The notes under the pieces were generated by a model. That model did no database searches. It had not been told where the DNA came from and saw only the letters and a list, made by a program, of their open reading frames with translations. The position numbers and the translations under genes are program-made. Shown piece after piece: positions 11,254 to 26,200 of a stretch of 64,000 nucleotides of DNA. How positions within the stretch are numbered: the stretch's first letter is position 1; every line of letters starts with the position of its first letter. Source of the DNA: Catajapyx aquilonaris. Lineage: Eukaryota. The stretch spans positions 124,001-188,000 of the forward strand of contig KZ537961.1 of the NCBI GenBank assembly GCA_000934665.2, given 5' to 3'.

Positions 11254-14200
11254 CTGGAACACGGAGCGAAACGAAGCTTTATGAATCGGCTTCAGACATG
11301 TCAGCTACTGAACTATCATGCAATTATATGTACTGTGGACTCTGTTTTTAATTATTATTTTTAATACTATAAAAACCCTTCGCTCGCATTTTTAAGGGCG
11401 CAGGCGTAGTTACGACGCGACGCGCGGAGACGCGGGTGGACGGGGGACCGGAGAGGCGATGTGTACTCGCCGACCTCCAGCAAACGACTGAGTTTCTCCA
11501 CCCATTGCGCATGCGTAGAACGTGGGCCAATCGGCCGCATCGCGGTAACAACAATATACGGCGGACTCGGTCATAGCCCAAAAGATTTTAATATTATAGA
11601 TCGTACTACCGGTACATTCAAGTTACAAAAAAATATTTTCAGCATACAACGTAGAGTTCATGCCAGGAGACATTGCGTGTCCAGGTATGACACCCAATTT
11701 GAATAATTGGACTGCAATATTCAGGATGTGAAGTAATATCTTGGAGTGCGTATATATACGCACTAGAATCAGTGTGAGAGCTTCAGTATAATAAAAAAAT
11801 ATAAACTTGCTCTACATGCACGCATCATACCGTCCACAAAAGCTGGCAACAATATTATGTGACTCATAAATCGAGTAAACCCCGTTTCTGTCACGCAATT
11901 GAAACACCTGAAAATTAAGTCATGGTTCTGCCCATTTCTGCCATACATGTTAATAATTCATGGGAAACTCCACGGGCGGTGGTGTCGTAACCGCGTGTTC
12001 AATTACATTTCAAATATTTCAAAACCCTAGTTCACACGGAACGTATTGTCCGACTCCGTTTTCTTTAAATGGAAATCTTCTAAAGTTAACTGTGTTTGTG
12101 CAACAACTGGGTAACAGCCAAATTGGCGTCATTAGTTTCACGCTTTCGGAACCAATTGTGTAATCGCGGTATTATTGCCAGAGGGTTGTTTAGCATGTGC
12201 TGAAAAATATCTCCACTACAATACTCCAAACAATCCAATCTCACAGTAAATTACCTCGCACTAGGTTACATCCCTCACAACTTCCTCACAACGATCCCTC
12301 ACCTGGTACTCGGTGCAATAAATACAGCAATAATTTGCAAGGTAGCTCGAATTTACGGGGCTGTTGCATACATAAGGAGCTCGTTTTAATATCGCCTGAT
12401 AAACCTAATGAATCCCCCATTTATTTGTTGCTCAAGCATACGCAGGTGACTTCAAGACTGGAAGCAATAAACAGCACTTGTCCATGAATCCATACTTTCT
12501 CTAAATGTGAAAAAAAACAAGGTTGCCCCCATGCAATAAAGCATCCTGACCCCTCCCCTTCCAAGTCCTACCTACATATGCTCGTAAAAACCAACATATA
12601 TGATTTTATTACTACGAGGTCTGCTATCACGATAACATCATCAACGCACACATGCTCAGCAGACAACAATGATCAAAAATTTGAACTGTTAGAGCTAACT
12701 GTAGCTCTACATATTTATGAATTTATTTTAAAAAATATATTGAATCCGACTTATGCGTGCCACAAGGGCACCGCTGGTTGTTGGTAGCAATATCTGTTCT
12801 GGTAAGCGGTCTGTTAATAGGTTTTCTGGCTCGGTGGCACCGGCGATAAACGAAGCGATTAATGGCTGGCAAGTGGGTCCTCCAGCACAACTGGGGGTGG
12901 CCAAGTGGATACGAAGAGCTGCGTCTCTCTCCCTAATTTAACCTGCTCCATCAATTCCCCCCGTATGTGAGGACCTGCCCCATTGAATCAGCCCGTGTCA
13001 TCGGTTGAGGGGGGGACTACAACCCTCCTCTCTTTCGGACCCATCCATCCGTTGTATAGGGTACCCAGGACCCCCTGTTTTACGATTCTCTTCCGTCCCC
13101 GCCCAGCGATATTGGACGCGGCCGGAATTGGTTGCTAGATCCAGAAGAGGGCGGCCCTTTTTATTATCATTTCCCTTCCCTTTGCCGCCCCTGGGCTTTC
13201 CCCTGATGCTTCCGTGTCGATAGCGCAATATTTACGTGGCGAATGTCGGATCGGGTTGGCTTTCAAGCTATTGGGAATCGTGAAGAAGAAAAAAACTTGG
13301 GGAGCCGTTAGATTGATTTTCAATTTGATGAGCTATCAAATAGCACAAAAATTGAAATTAGATCTGCTTACATATTCATGATTGCATGAGAGCATGAGAC
13401 TTCATTGTAAATAAATTAAGTTGTGAGAACCCCGTACAATGTCTTTGGAATGCGTCATTGCATTCTTAACTAGATGCGGCAGTGTCTGGGATCGCTTACT
13501 TAATCTTTCGGTCATCGGTCATATGAATAATGTGTGGTTGCACATGCTACATGCTGCGGGCTAAGTTGCAAAGAGACGTATCATAAAGTGTTGGAGTTTA
13601 TCTATAGTTGGGTTAATGTCGCACTGCCGCCATTAACTACACCTTATACCAGTACCCGGGTAGATATGTCATATGTCCTCAACATTTGATGCAACATTAC
13701 ACGCACTATGGAAACCCCTGATGACGTGACATCTAGACGCTCCCTGCTGATGGAAATGGAGTGTAAAATTCCACAGAAGCATTCCAATCCAACACCGATC
13801 CGCAATCGGCGTCCACTTTGACCTCCGCACCATGGAGATGAAAAGCCCCCGATTGATCCCCATCCGAAACTCCAAAATATGGGAAACGTAGTCTATTCGC
13901 CATCTCGAGAAAGAGATGGCGCAGAAAATTTCATCTTCTCCTCTATTAATCCTTCAACGGAATCAAAATTGAGGAAGATTGTTGACAAAAAAAAAAATAA
14001 TCTAACAGTGACGATGGGGACAACACTGTTGATCTCCCCCTCCTCTCCCTGCCTCCATGACACGGGGCGTAATGGTTGCAGTCAGGCGTTTGATGTGAAA
14101 TATATGAGTCCCCGGGAAGCGCAGGGCCGCGGTCAATATTCGGCAACGTAGCCGCTCCAGCCAGCATTATTACATTCTGGGGGAAGGAGGGGGAGGGCAA

Positions 14201-17200
14201 CAGAGGGAAGGGAGGGTCATATATATGGCCCCCTCTCCAAAACTCTCCCCTCTATTCGCCTTGCATGAATGGATGCCCCATGAAAGGTAACTCTCATTTT
14301 CGGCCCGCACGTGGCCTGATAAAAGGTGAAGTGTCTCGCTTGAAATTCATTATCTTGGCGCATGTGCAATGGTATAGGGGGGGAAGGTTGCAAAGTGTTA
14401 ATTTCGCGCTAGACTCTGTCGAGACCCATTGGTTACGCTCTTCAGGGAAGGTTAAAAGGGCCCAGGGAATGTAAGCAAGTAAGGGCGCATCTGTTTTGCG
14501 ACCGCTAATCATGACTACAATTTGCGATGGAGAGGGGGTGGCTGACGTCACTTGGAAGTAATACAGATGATAAATTGCAGAGTTTTAGAACGCACAATTG
14601 CAGCGGTTAATGAGCGAGCTGGGGGTGTGGCATTAAACACCTGCTGGTAACAGTGGACACGTGCAGTGTCCATTAAAGCATGTGACACGCATTTCAGGCG
14701 ACACTTTCAAAACGTAAAAACCGGGCCTAAGCGCTCGCTAACCGTTAGATGATCCAAGCAGGTCCGCCATTACTGGGGGCACCCGCTTCCAAAGTTTGCG
14801 TCCACACACACGCACGCACGGACCTAGCAGGAAGTAAATATTTCACAGGGGTTTACATCTGAACGGAGCAAATCTGAAGGTACTATAATTTCCTAGCATA
14901 ACCCCCGCGGATCTATGCTACGAGTAGACTATAAGAGGAGAAATTACCTGCCATATTGCCGTAGGCGTGTGCAGCCGCAGCGGCGCTCCCGTACGCTGCT
15001 GCCGCTGGGTCGAGCGGATGTGAGAGGTCAGTAGCCAGGGCTTCGTGGTACCTCCCCGCCGCCCATCCTTCGGCTTTGACCGCACATTGTCCCGCGTGGG
15101 TCATGGCGGGTGGAAGGCCTCGTGGGGCTGGTGGTTGTAGTAAGAACGACCCGTACTGACCCGGGTTGAACCTGGTTGAGGATGGAACGGACGACACGGA
15201 CGGGTAGGCCGTGTGCGCCGCGTATGGTTGGGAGCTCAGCGGGTAGTGCCAGGGGTCAGGAGCCTGGGTCAGAGGGTGCGGGTGGAGCGAGGTGGCTGGA
15301 TGATAGGGGTCGCCAGTGGCCGAGTACAGGTCGTGTGCATGGGGGTTGCCGCCGTACCCGATCGGGGTCGGTTTGGTTGGCTGGTAGGCGCTGTTCCAGA
15401 ACGACGCTGGGAAGTTCCGCTGAGACAACGGCGCACCTGAAATCACAAATATCACGTTATGAGAAAACTGACAATGCAGTACCTTACAAAATGTATAACT
15501 AAGTATGCCCGGTACCGTCCAAAACCCTCTACTAAAAAAGACACCCACGATGCTATAAGCTGTCTCGCCATACCGTGAAATGTATGGCGTCTGACCCTCA
15601 AAACGGTGTAATTGGGGAGCAGCCGAGCACGCGATCATTTAATTAGACGTCAGTCGCCGACGTGTCTGGTTCCTTGAATGTCTACCGGGCATGACAACGT
15701 TGGGCCCAACTCATTACCCAACGAGTGCTGAACAAATATCAACAATGGCAAAAACGCGTCACCTCACCGCACATCCGTACCCCCTCTACCCAACTAATGA
15801 TTCTCGTCACCCCCTTGACAACGTTTTAGGACAAGTTGACGGCACTTTCCCTCGACGCACATGCCTGGAAGTTTTCCGCTATAAAACCCACCCCATTTCT
15901 ACTTCTAGTACCTCCTAGTTCTACCCTATGCGAAGAAAGGGTGGTTCCCTGCTAATTACACGGAAACCACATTTGCAGCAAGGTCCTAATGTAATGGCGT
16001 GAGTGCCGGGATTAATGTTCGAGATGACTATCGCTGATTCCTAGGCATTAGTTCACAATGAGAGGAAGTCGCAGCTGCGACCGAACCACGTTTTTTTTTA
16101 GTACAAATCTACGCAACTTTGGGTCTGTAAAGGGTAAACACTCCGCCATGATTAATTACAATTAACCACTCGTTTCTCACGAGCACCCCCGACCTAAATG
16201 AGATATCATAATAATTCCCTGTAAGCGTGCTTAATTACCCGGTTCGCATTATGGTTTCGGTGCTAATTCGATGCGCACCAACACTTCGGTCTTCATTGTG
16301 CTTGAAATGTACAGCATGGCTTGTACAGTTGCCTCCGGATGACCATCACTTGGTGAAGCGAAGGTGGTCATATACGGAGGGCACATTTCGATTCGGCTCG
16401 TCGCGCCACCAATTTTCATGACATTAATTGTTATATTGAGTCAAATTCCTCAATTGTCATCATAAGTTTCTGGACTAATTAGTGTTCATCTTGAGATGCC
16501 TCCACCCCCGCCGGGGAAAACACTTTTTCATGAAAATAAACGCGAGACTAAAAGTTGCATCCTCTTGTTGAAAAGCGAGACAAGTTTCCATGTAAACCAG
16601 TTGTAGCGAGAACGTCAAAAAAACAAACCCAAAGAGAGCAACAAGAGCCACAAACAAGGTTTGTTTTGCTCTTGGATATATGAAAGTCCTCCCGTTACCT
16701 CCTTTGGACTGCCTCTAGTGGTGGTCACACGACACCGGGGGCCGAGAGACTACTTCTGGTCGAGACCCCCTCCTCACTCAACTCGGCCGGAAACCACTGC
16801 CACTCGGCGCAAATAAATCTCCGCTTCCATCATCCCCCATATGCCTTCCCCTATACTCAAGACATTTTCTGGAGATTTTTCCAGACACAAAGCGTGGGAT
16901 CTGGTAACTCCAGCTGGCAACCCTTTTGAGACCGGCCAGTGGGCGCCGCCATCTTGCTGTCGGTTCGATACTTATCGCGCAAGCTGTGTCCATTAGCGTC
17001 GTCATTAGCCCACTTTTATTGCTCCAACGATAAGACTGGAGGTGAGTGAACCGCCAGTACAGGGTGGGTCATAATCATAAGTGATTTTTGCCTACCATCA
17101 AACCAGTTGCAATACCTGCTGGCAACGCGTCTAATGTGGCTTTACATTCCATACAATTTTTTCTGGAGCCGCAAAAACCGCATACATACCCCCTGCCACA

Positions 17201-20200
17201 ACATAGCATGGACAAACGTTCCCGCAGATCCATCCTTCCAACAATCCACCCAAAAAAAGAGGAGGGGGGTGTCCCAAAGGGAGTGAAATACAACTCTACA
17301 AGAGCATATCCCACGAAGCGTGGATGTTTTAGGGTCCGTATCTCAGCGTGGGTCGGACTCCCAACATGTTGATTACAGTAATAGTTCTCTTCCTCGTTGC
17401 CTACATCTTGCCCAAAAGAGTCGGACCAACCCAACGCAAACTATTTAATTAAAAAAAACTAACTAACCGGGACTACGCACATTTTTTTCAGATAACTAAA
17501 CCGGAAAATCCACTCCGCAAAATATTTACCAACAAATTGGAACCGTCCGGAAGTCAGCTATTAAACCCGCAATTTGCATTATACGACTATCAAAGTCCAG
17601 AAGTCATATCCGCAGCTGCTGAGAGCGCAACCTGAGATGTTGCTGACCACGGTCGACCTTGTGGGTCAAATTCCACTCCTGCGATTCAACTCTCTTCCGG
17701 ATTGCAGACTCTGCGGCCTTCTGAATGACGAACCCTTGCACATGTGAATTAGGTCATAATAGTGGGACATCGCGACACGAGGCACCGGAAGCCCTCCATA
17801 TAAGAAACATGTATCGTAAAACTACAGGATACACACCGAGGGGAACCATGGGGCATTCCTCGTGTTTCCACACACCTCCGTACATAACTATATGCACCCG
17901 CATGTGTCTGTCAAGCGTCGGAAACAGACGACACCTCTCTCCTACTCTTTCCAGCCCTATCTAGATAACGGGCCTTCGCTGAGAAACTCGAGCCAAGAAG
18001 GACCGGTGAGGAAACAACTTTTTTTTGGATGGTACCTTAACATACCCACAGCTTTATGGCACTTTCAATCAGAGATGAAACTTACTGCTTGTTGTAATGA
18101 ACAAGGTAGCAATTTTCACAATTTTTTTACCTGTTGTTTAGAGGAGCATACATTGTGCTGTTGAAACGCACTTCTATATGGTCAAAAATCGCTATTTTTT
18201 TTGTCCAAATCACTTTATTTATCCATGTCACTCTTTTCTGGTCAAAAATCACTCACTTTTTGTCGAAATCACGCTTTTCTGGTCCTAAATCACTCTTTTT
18301 CGGTCCTAAATCGCTCTCTTCTGGTCCTAATAAATCACTCTTTTTGGTACAAAAATAACCCATTTTTTGTGGAAATCACGCTTTTTCGGTCCTAAATTGC
18401 TCATTTTTGACCAAATCACGCTTTTCTGGCAAAAAATCACTCTTTTTCGGTCCTAATAAATCACTGTTTTCTGGCCAAAAATCATTCATTTTTTTGTGGA
18501 AATCACGCTTTTTCGGTCCTAAATCGCTCATTTTTGTACAAATCACTTTGTCCAAATCGCGCTTTTCTGGCCAAAAATCACTCATTTTTTGTGGAAATCA
18601 CGCTTTTCTGGTCCTAAATCACTATTTTTCGGTCCTAAATAGCTCTTTTTCGGTCCTAAATCGCTCTTTACGTTACAAATAATTTTTTGTCCAAATCGCG
18701 CTATTCTGGCCAAAAATCATTCTTTTTAGGTCATAATAAATCACTTTCTGGTCAAAAATCACTCTTTTTGGTACAAAAATCACTTGTGATTTAGGACTGA
18801 AAAATAGCGATATGGACCAAATATGGAGTGGTTTTCGACCAGAAAAGTATTATTAGGTAATCATACTTTTCTGGTCGAAAACCACTCCATATTTGGTCCA
18901 TATCACTAATTTTCAGTCCTAAATCACACATTTTCGTGCAAATATTGCCACTATATACCCCAATCCGTGCGCTAAAAATCGCGATGTAAACAGCAGGACA
19001 ATTACGACGCGTGATATCAGACCCGTGATTGTTTGATGATGATGACATAGTTTGAAGTCCTTGATTGCTCTCAACGGCACGAAACGGCATGAAGTCACCC
19101 AGTGTTATATTTAACCACTTGTACCGAGCGTGTGAATGCATGTGCACAACTCTAGTTACACTACAAGACAGGTAGCCTCCGCAAAAACCAGTTAGAAAAA
19201 AACTATGATGTCAAGATAAAAGTTAGTGTCAACCATGTGACAAACGGGACTGGATTCCAGTAAACAATCCCGATTAGAGGAGGAAACCCCTGCTATTTCT
19301 TAAGAGTGATAACTATCTTCAAGACGGATCGGTCTAATACGTCACAAAAAGCGGATTTTTTTTAAAAAGGCTAGGCCCTCCTTTTCTTTCCCACCAAATA
19401 AGAGGCTCGGTTATTTGTAACTGGAGCGAAGGTCGAGTTGTCAACCCCGCACCCAGATTTAGTGCAGGGTAAGAATAATAGCCTACAAGCTTAATGCATT
19501 GCGACCTCAGCTGGCACTAGAAATTAACAGAAGAGAAAAATAGCCTGGGCTCGAGACGGCCGGTAAGCTTATAGCCTATACGTTACTAGCTAGAGTCGTG
19601 TCAACACTGCTTTTAAGCCACGAAAAAAGAGGCGGAAAATCGCTATTTATGCATAAATATGAAAAGTTTACTGGTGGGTAAACATTGTGGATATTGCCAA
19701 ATCAAACTGTTCCTTGATATGTTTACGCCTAGGCTGGTCTTAGAATATTTAAATCGCTGTTAATTATGCTATTGGCTTCAAGCCTACAAGTGCTCCGCTG
19801 CACTGTACATTTGGATATTAATCGGGGAGGAAACTGGTCACCGTGACGGTGGGTGACAAACGTGACGGCGCACCTGGGACTGGTCTTTGGACCGGCTTCA
19901 AAGCGGGTCAAGTCCAAAGTCACGGGGTGTCGCGCGAGGCAGAGTATTTTTACGCTCGGCTGAAAGATGATTTATTATTGGATATGGCACTGAACTCAAC
20001 CATGCGAGCTATGATATTTTAGGCCATGCACCGAGAGGTAAGTCTTATACAAAAACCGGATTTATTTAATTAAAATAATTAAGCAGAAAATTTATCAGAA
20101 AATGATTTGAATATTTTCAAACCAATATTTCCATACTTATTGTAGTTTTTTTCAAATTAATATGAACTTTGCTAGGCTGTTCAGCTTGGTGAATATATCC

Positions 20201-23200
20201 CAAACTGGTAACCACAGAGTGGGCATCCTATTATTCGTGTTTTTACACAATTTCTATTTTTTGCCCTTGTAAAAACAGTCCTTTAATGAGTCAGTTGTAT
20301 TATTTCACCCAAATGGCATTGGAAATTATATCATATACCACTCAAAATAATTTAGAGATAAAAACGCAGCTGTTATAAGTACTCTACATGTTCGTAACGA
20401 TTCGTTACCTGTAATTCACCACTTCCTGCGGAAACGGACACCATATTTTTCAACAAACCCACTCTCCGCCAACACTCCCAGCGGTTCCCAAAACCAACAA
20501 TGTTAATCAAACTAATCGGACCGGACCCCTAGTGACAATTCAAAATGAACCCCGCCCCCAAAAATAGCCCACACCTCTTCTATGCAGCTTCTGCCGCCGT
20601 CATAAAGCCTACCCTGAAGCGATTAATCCAAGGCATCCAACAAATGACCCTCGCCTCATGGCATACAAATCAAGCGCCTCTTCCGCCATTCCAACCCAAC
20701 ATGGCGCCGCCCATTGGACTAAGTAAAATTAAAGTGAATTCGACGCTTCAGAAGCCCGCTTTTTAGACCAAATCCGAGCCTTTGAGCCATGAAGGTGTTG
20801 TAGGCACCACCAGGTCCTCTTCTTCTCTATATATACACTGTTTCCATGCGGCGTAAAGGCACGCAGTTATATGAGCCAGGCCTAGTGCCAGAGCCTAAAG
20901 ACGTGGAGAAATGATCCCCGTGTAGCCGGGTCTCTGTTCTGTCCGAATTACACGCTCTTCTGTAGCACCGCCAATTATTTATGGGCATCGGGTTGACGGA
21001 CCCGAACCGGCCTAATGATCCGAACCCAGCGCGACACTGGTGGATTCCATCCGGGTTATATCACTTGTGAAATGGGGTACCAGATCTGGTTAGGACCTCC
21101 AGGTATTTCGATATATGAAGACAAACATCAAATGTTCATATATTGGTTTCCAAAAATTTCAAATTCCAATTTACAGTAGTTATAAATATTTTATAAAATA
21201 TTTATAACTACTGTAAATTGTATTTTAAATACATATTACCAGCGAATACATATTATGCATTCACTGGTAATATGTTTAAAAAAAATAACACTAAATGTGT
21301 AAAAGCAAAATAAATTGTGGCGACGCTCTAGTTAAACCAAAATCTGTGTTGGCACCGGTTTTACGACAACAAGAGCGTAAATTTCACCCAGTTTTTGCCA
21401 CTTAAAATGATGAGGAGTCGTTCCAGGGCGTCAAAATCCGGACAGTTGTAAGGGCGGTTGTTTCAAACATTTGTTCAGGCCCAGCGTGCAATCGTCACTC
21501 TCACTTAGCGCCTTGGAGGTCATTCATCATCCCTGAAAGTGATGGGGAGGGCGCCCAAAATCCGGCCATATTGTCCCCCAAAAAATATTCTGGCCCGGTA
21601 GCCCAACAGCCAATTAAATAGTTCATTAATAACTTTCACGCTCGGTCTCCGAGAAATAAAAATCGGTTTGAGTGGGCCAATTTTTAAGACAAGAGGGGTC
21701 TGCCGCACTGTTTCCCTTAGGCCCCCCCACAACCCACCCTATGTCAGAGACTCGGCATGGGCCTGACAGTGACCTGTGTAAAGCCGTCTCACCTGCTGGC
21801 CCTTCATATTACTCTTCATATTTCATGACAAATCGTCGGCTTCCTTGGCAGCATACCAGACCAGAGCGCTCTATTCGTTCTCAGGCAGACTTCATTTCTT
21901 TGCTTTCTCTCTAGAGTATTTTTTTTTCTGTCCGGGGCCAAAAATTCGAAGCATGCGGAATTTTTCGGGTGACCTAGGCTCACAAGGAGTCCCTTTCTTA
22001 TATGATTCTTCACTTAGGCACGTGTCAGGCACGCAAATCACGTCAGCTCTTCTTTATCTCTTAATTATCCCTTCCTTCCCTCCAACAACCTACGGTTTAC
22101 ATGTTTTATGATGGGTGATTAATTAATGGATGCCATGATGCTGTAGCTTGTAAGAGATGATTCACTGGATGGCTCCCAAAATATACAGAAGCATTGTTTT
22201 AAAACCTGTGGACCTATATGAAGGTCTATTGAAAGTGTGATCTACCCACAGAATGTTAATCATTGTTGGCAACAATGAGTTAATAATGAATAAATAATAA
22301 TAGTTAAATAGTCATATACTGTTGCAATTACAAAAAGTTACGTCGCATCATTGCATACTATAGGCACCAACTTGCCAAAATTTGGCAAAAAATTAGGCGA
22401 AAGTGCGAAAGCAGAATGGAAGCGACATCCGACGGTGAAAAGCAGAAGTAAGCGAGTACAGGAGGTGGCGCCCTGGCTCCCGGAACGGCGAAATTGGGAA
22501 TTCCGTGGTAGTGCTGTCGTGGCTGTTTTTTGGTTTTTTAAATGCTGTTCACAAAATCCCTAGGCCCTTTTTCCAAAAATCAAAAGTGGTTTGCAAATAT
22601 AGAAAACGCGGCCAAAATTTAGAGACTACTCCCATTGCTGTAGGTCCTACGGTGCGGGAGAAGTTGCCACGACATTCGGCTTTTAATAATATTGATAGTT
22701 AATTTACATTCTTACACCCTTGCTAATTGTGCCAAATAAATTATAGCGTCATTGAACAGTCAATTTTCGCGATAAATGGTCCTTATGTTGGTGTAACATT
22801 TCCGAATCCAACATGTTTAGATTTTTGCACATCCTGAGTACTAATATATGGCAGCAACGTGTACACAGCATCAACAATGAGAGGTGGTATGGTGAAGAGC
22901 TGGTTTAGCAGGTCAAACAGTTTGTGTATCTAGATAAATCCTACATTATAGAACTACTGAACCGCAATGCAGCAGTTTGTACCTCTCTTCCCCGTACCCT
23001 AGCTATCTACGCGAATATCCTTCTAAATCCATCCGGCACGTGGTGCCTGTCTGTCGGTTTGGAGCAACGTACCCAGAGCAACCCCGTGACAAGGTGTGGT
23101 CCCCGGGCAGGCAGGGCATAGTTCCCACCTGTCACCGCGAGGGAGCAGAAAAGTGGCAGCAGCTGTCATGGCGTCCAAATGTGGACAGACGCGCACTAAC

Positions 23201-26200
23201 TGGTCCAACATACCTTTGGTTCCTGCAGATTTGGAATCCCCGTAGCTGTGACTGAGTGCTCGGCTGAAGTGCTCGTCCACCACTGATGAGACGTCGCCTG
23301 AGTAGTGGGTGAAGACAACGCAGTTGGCTGAGATGTACTGGGCCTCCTTATGTTCAGAGTCCGAATCCTCTTTGGCCCCGGGGCAATGCTGGCTGGCGGC
23401 TCTCGAGCTGGAGGCTGAGATGATAGGCGGGGATGACCCAGGGCTACTACTGCTGGCACCTCCGCCATTGTGTGCCCTGGGACCGTACGGGTCAGGGGTC
23501 GATGTGGCTGATCCGGCCGGGGTTGGGTCGTGGCCCAATTTGTACTTCTGAAAATTAACATTGTATTAGTCAAAACTAATACCGAAACAATATCCACATA
23601 CTGACAACTATACCTGCGTAATGCGAATTTTTTATGACCCAATTTCACTATGTGAATTGCCCTACAGCAGGGGCAGATCGTTGACTGCAAACAGAGTCCG
23701 AGAGTGCCCTTGTGCATTCCATTCCAAGGGTCGCGTTACGCTTCTTTCATCAAAGCGAATGGCCAGTGGTCACACACGTGCCATTTTTTAAAGCCTAGTT
23801 TGTACAACATATAATAGTCTCAGCAAGTGGCTGGATGGGTCTAAATGAGATGTTTTTTTTATAGGCGTGGCGATATAAGGGAGTGGTTCAAGGATAGTGT
23901 ATTTTTAAATCGCTTGCAATTATTACCGCGTGACAATAAGACTAAAAATACAGATCTGAAATTTACTGGCAGTGATGTCATCACATTGTGTCTGCATTCA
24001 AAAAATTAATAACAAACATTAGAATAGCTAGCAATATAAATAACTGATATGATACAAGTGAAATATTCTAATGTGAGTGATGTGTGACTTGAACTTCACT
24101 TCTTCTCACCTCCGCTTATAAAGGCTCACGAAATGACCCAGTTATGAAATACTGGAGCTTAAGTGTTTATTTAGAGCACCTATTTTACACGGCTGTACAT
24201 GATTCATGTCGAAACCAGGTACTTTTCTTCGTATTATGCTCAACTGTACTGCAGTACATTTACACCTTAGGTTTCTCATAATTTAACCTGCCGTGCACAT
24301 ACGTAACGAGCAAAGTAAAGACAACTTTCTGGCAACCAAACCTCAGTAAAAGTCAGAGTGAAACCAGCCATAACGATGACTTAACAATAACGAAAAACAC
24401 AACACTTAGTAAAAAAATTTTTACTCGAGTGCTACAATTTTCACCAATTTTTACTCCATATTACACTTCTTGGAAAGTTTAATTTCAAATCATTTTATAT
24501 TGCAGCTAATTAGTCGCAATTTTCGCCCACACATGACGCTAAAATTTGCACTAATTTTTTTTCGAAAGGTGATCATGTGGTAAAACAATGATTGAAGCAA
24601 TTAGCCTGTCAATGTTACGGATAACAACTGTTCACTCTCTACTGATGTCTTTACGATTAATTGCTCCAGAACCAGTCTTTTATAGTATAGCGATTGTATC
24701 TACATTTTTTTCCAAACGCTACTGTACAGACTGCTCTTAGCTAACTCATGCTGTAATAATAAGTTTTATCAATAGAGTTGCGATTTTAGCTCATAATGGG
24801 TCCGAAAAATATTTTAAAATGTCCATTGTCATATTTGCCGACACATTTACAAATGTAGCGAAGGTCAGCTCTTTTATTCCTCACCGACTCTTTTGAATCA
24901 GCACGTGCCGATCAGCATCAATCAGATCCGCTTTTTGACCCCTAAGGCCATCCTACCCTATTACGCCACTTATCATTAAGACCCCCAGTACAAACGCAAG
25001 CACCCACCGATACAAATTACACCCTTGTACCGACACAACCCATCTATTGTAAATTCACTGTATCCAATCACAAACCCTACAATTACAAACCGCCTGACCA
25101 TGACGACACCTTCAAATGCTCTTTCCCAAAAAAAGGTTGATATGCTTGAATCAAATGGTAACATTTTTGTCTGATTCCCACCTCTTCGTGGGATAGTCCT
25201 CTTCCTGGAGTTACGGTACAATTCATTTTCAGAAAGAGGGGTTAGAAAACAGCCTAACTATCATCACGTAGATCAATTCTGAGTTTGGGAACTCTCATCG
25301 TAGGTTTTTCCTTGTTAAGGCTGGTATTGGCCTGTGTGAATCTGAATACGGCCTGCTTCACTCCATGTCCCTCCCGGAAAATAAACTGGAGTATGAGTGT
25401 GTGAGATTGCCCTCAAAGGATATACAGTCCACTGATGGGAAGGAGTACCACTGCTTTTCCGAGTTACAAATTGACTTCCAATTAACGTATGATATATCTC
25501 GAACGTGTGCGTCCGCGATAAATGAAAACGGGCCCGTAAAATGTGTGGGTTTTAGACCCATCTTCCCAGCACCCCCCTCAGGGAGGGCATCCTCTTTCCC
25601 CCTGAATACATGTGTTACGCAGTCTTCAGTTAAGGAAGCGACGAAAGACACAGCATCCGCCTAGGATATAATGTTTCAGTCCAAAACCAGAATTTTGGAA
25701 CCCCCGAAATCAAATGGCAAAATTGTCTACATAAATTTAACAGGCTTAATAGCTCGAACTAAAACGGGTTATTAGCAAAACAAAAGACACCTGATACAGA
25801 TCTTTTACCACATGAACATGTCAGATTTGATTCCTTATGACCACATTGTTGCCTTGTCAGTCTGCTTAGACTTCTCAATGAAAATCTGGAGGTCGTTCAG
25901 TGGTTCAGAATTTTTTTGTGCACGGCCGCGAAATACTGATAAGACGTTATTATCTGCCACAATGCTATCGCTCATAGTTCCTATTTCACACGCTAATTGC
26001 TAAATTATCCGGTACCTGCTCTTGTAACATCCGTGTAAGGACATGGCTAGCAATCCTCCCATTAGCACGTGCTTTTTATATTAAACATAACTTGTACACA
26101 TTTGACGGAATTTCAGCCATTTCTTTTTTAGAACCATATTTTTATTTTAGAGTGATATTTATACGTTTTATTGTATAGTAATTTTAGAGTGATCTTATTG

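Noticed and set aside
11395..11585. Possible Harbinger-type MITE
   Set aside because: The ends match only over GGGC/GCCC; no convincing TIR or target-site duplication.
15176..15502. Plus-strand ORFs over vg exons (also 23309-23551)
   Set aside because: Antisense shadows of GC-rich coding exons.
18134..18682. Several Phe/Ser/Lys-rich ORFs
   Set aside because: By-products of the satellite on both strands.
25358..25664. Overlapping 97/99-aa ORFs in vg intron 1
   Set aside because: No homology cues, and no splice sites that fit the vg frame.
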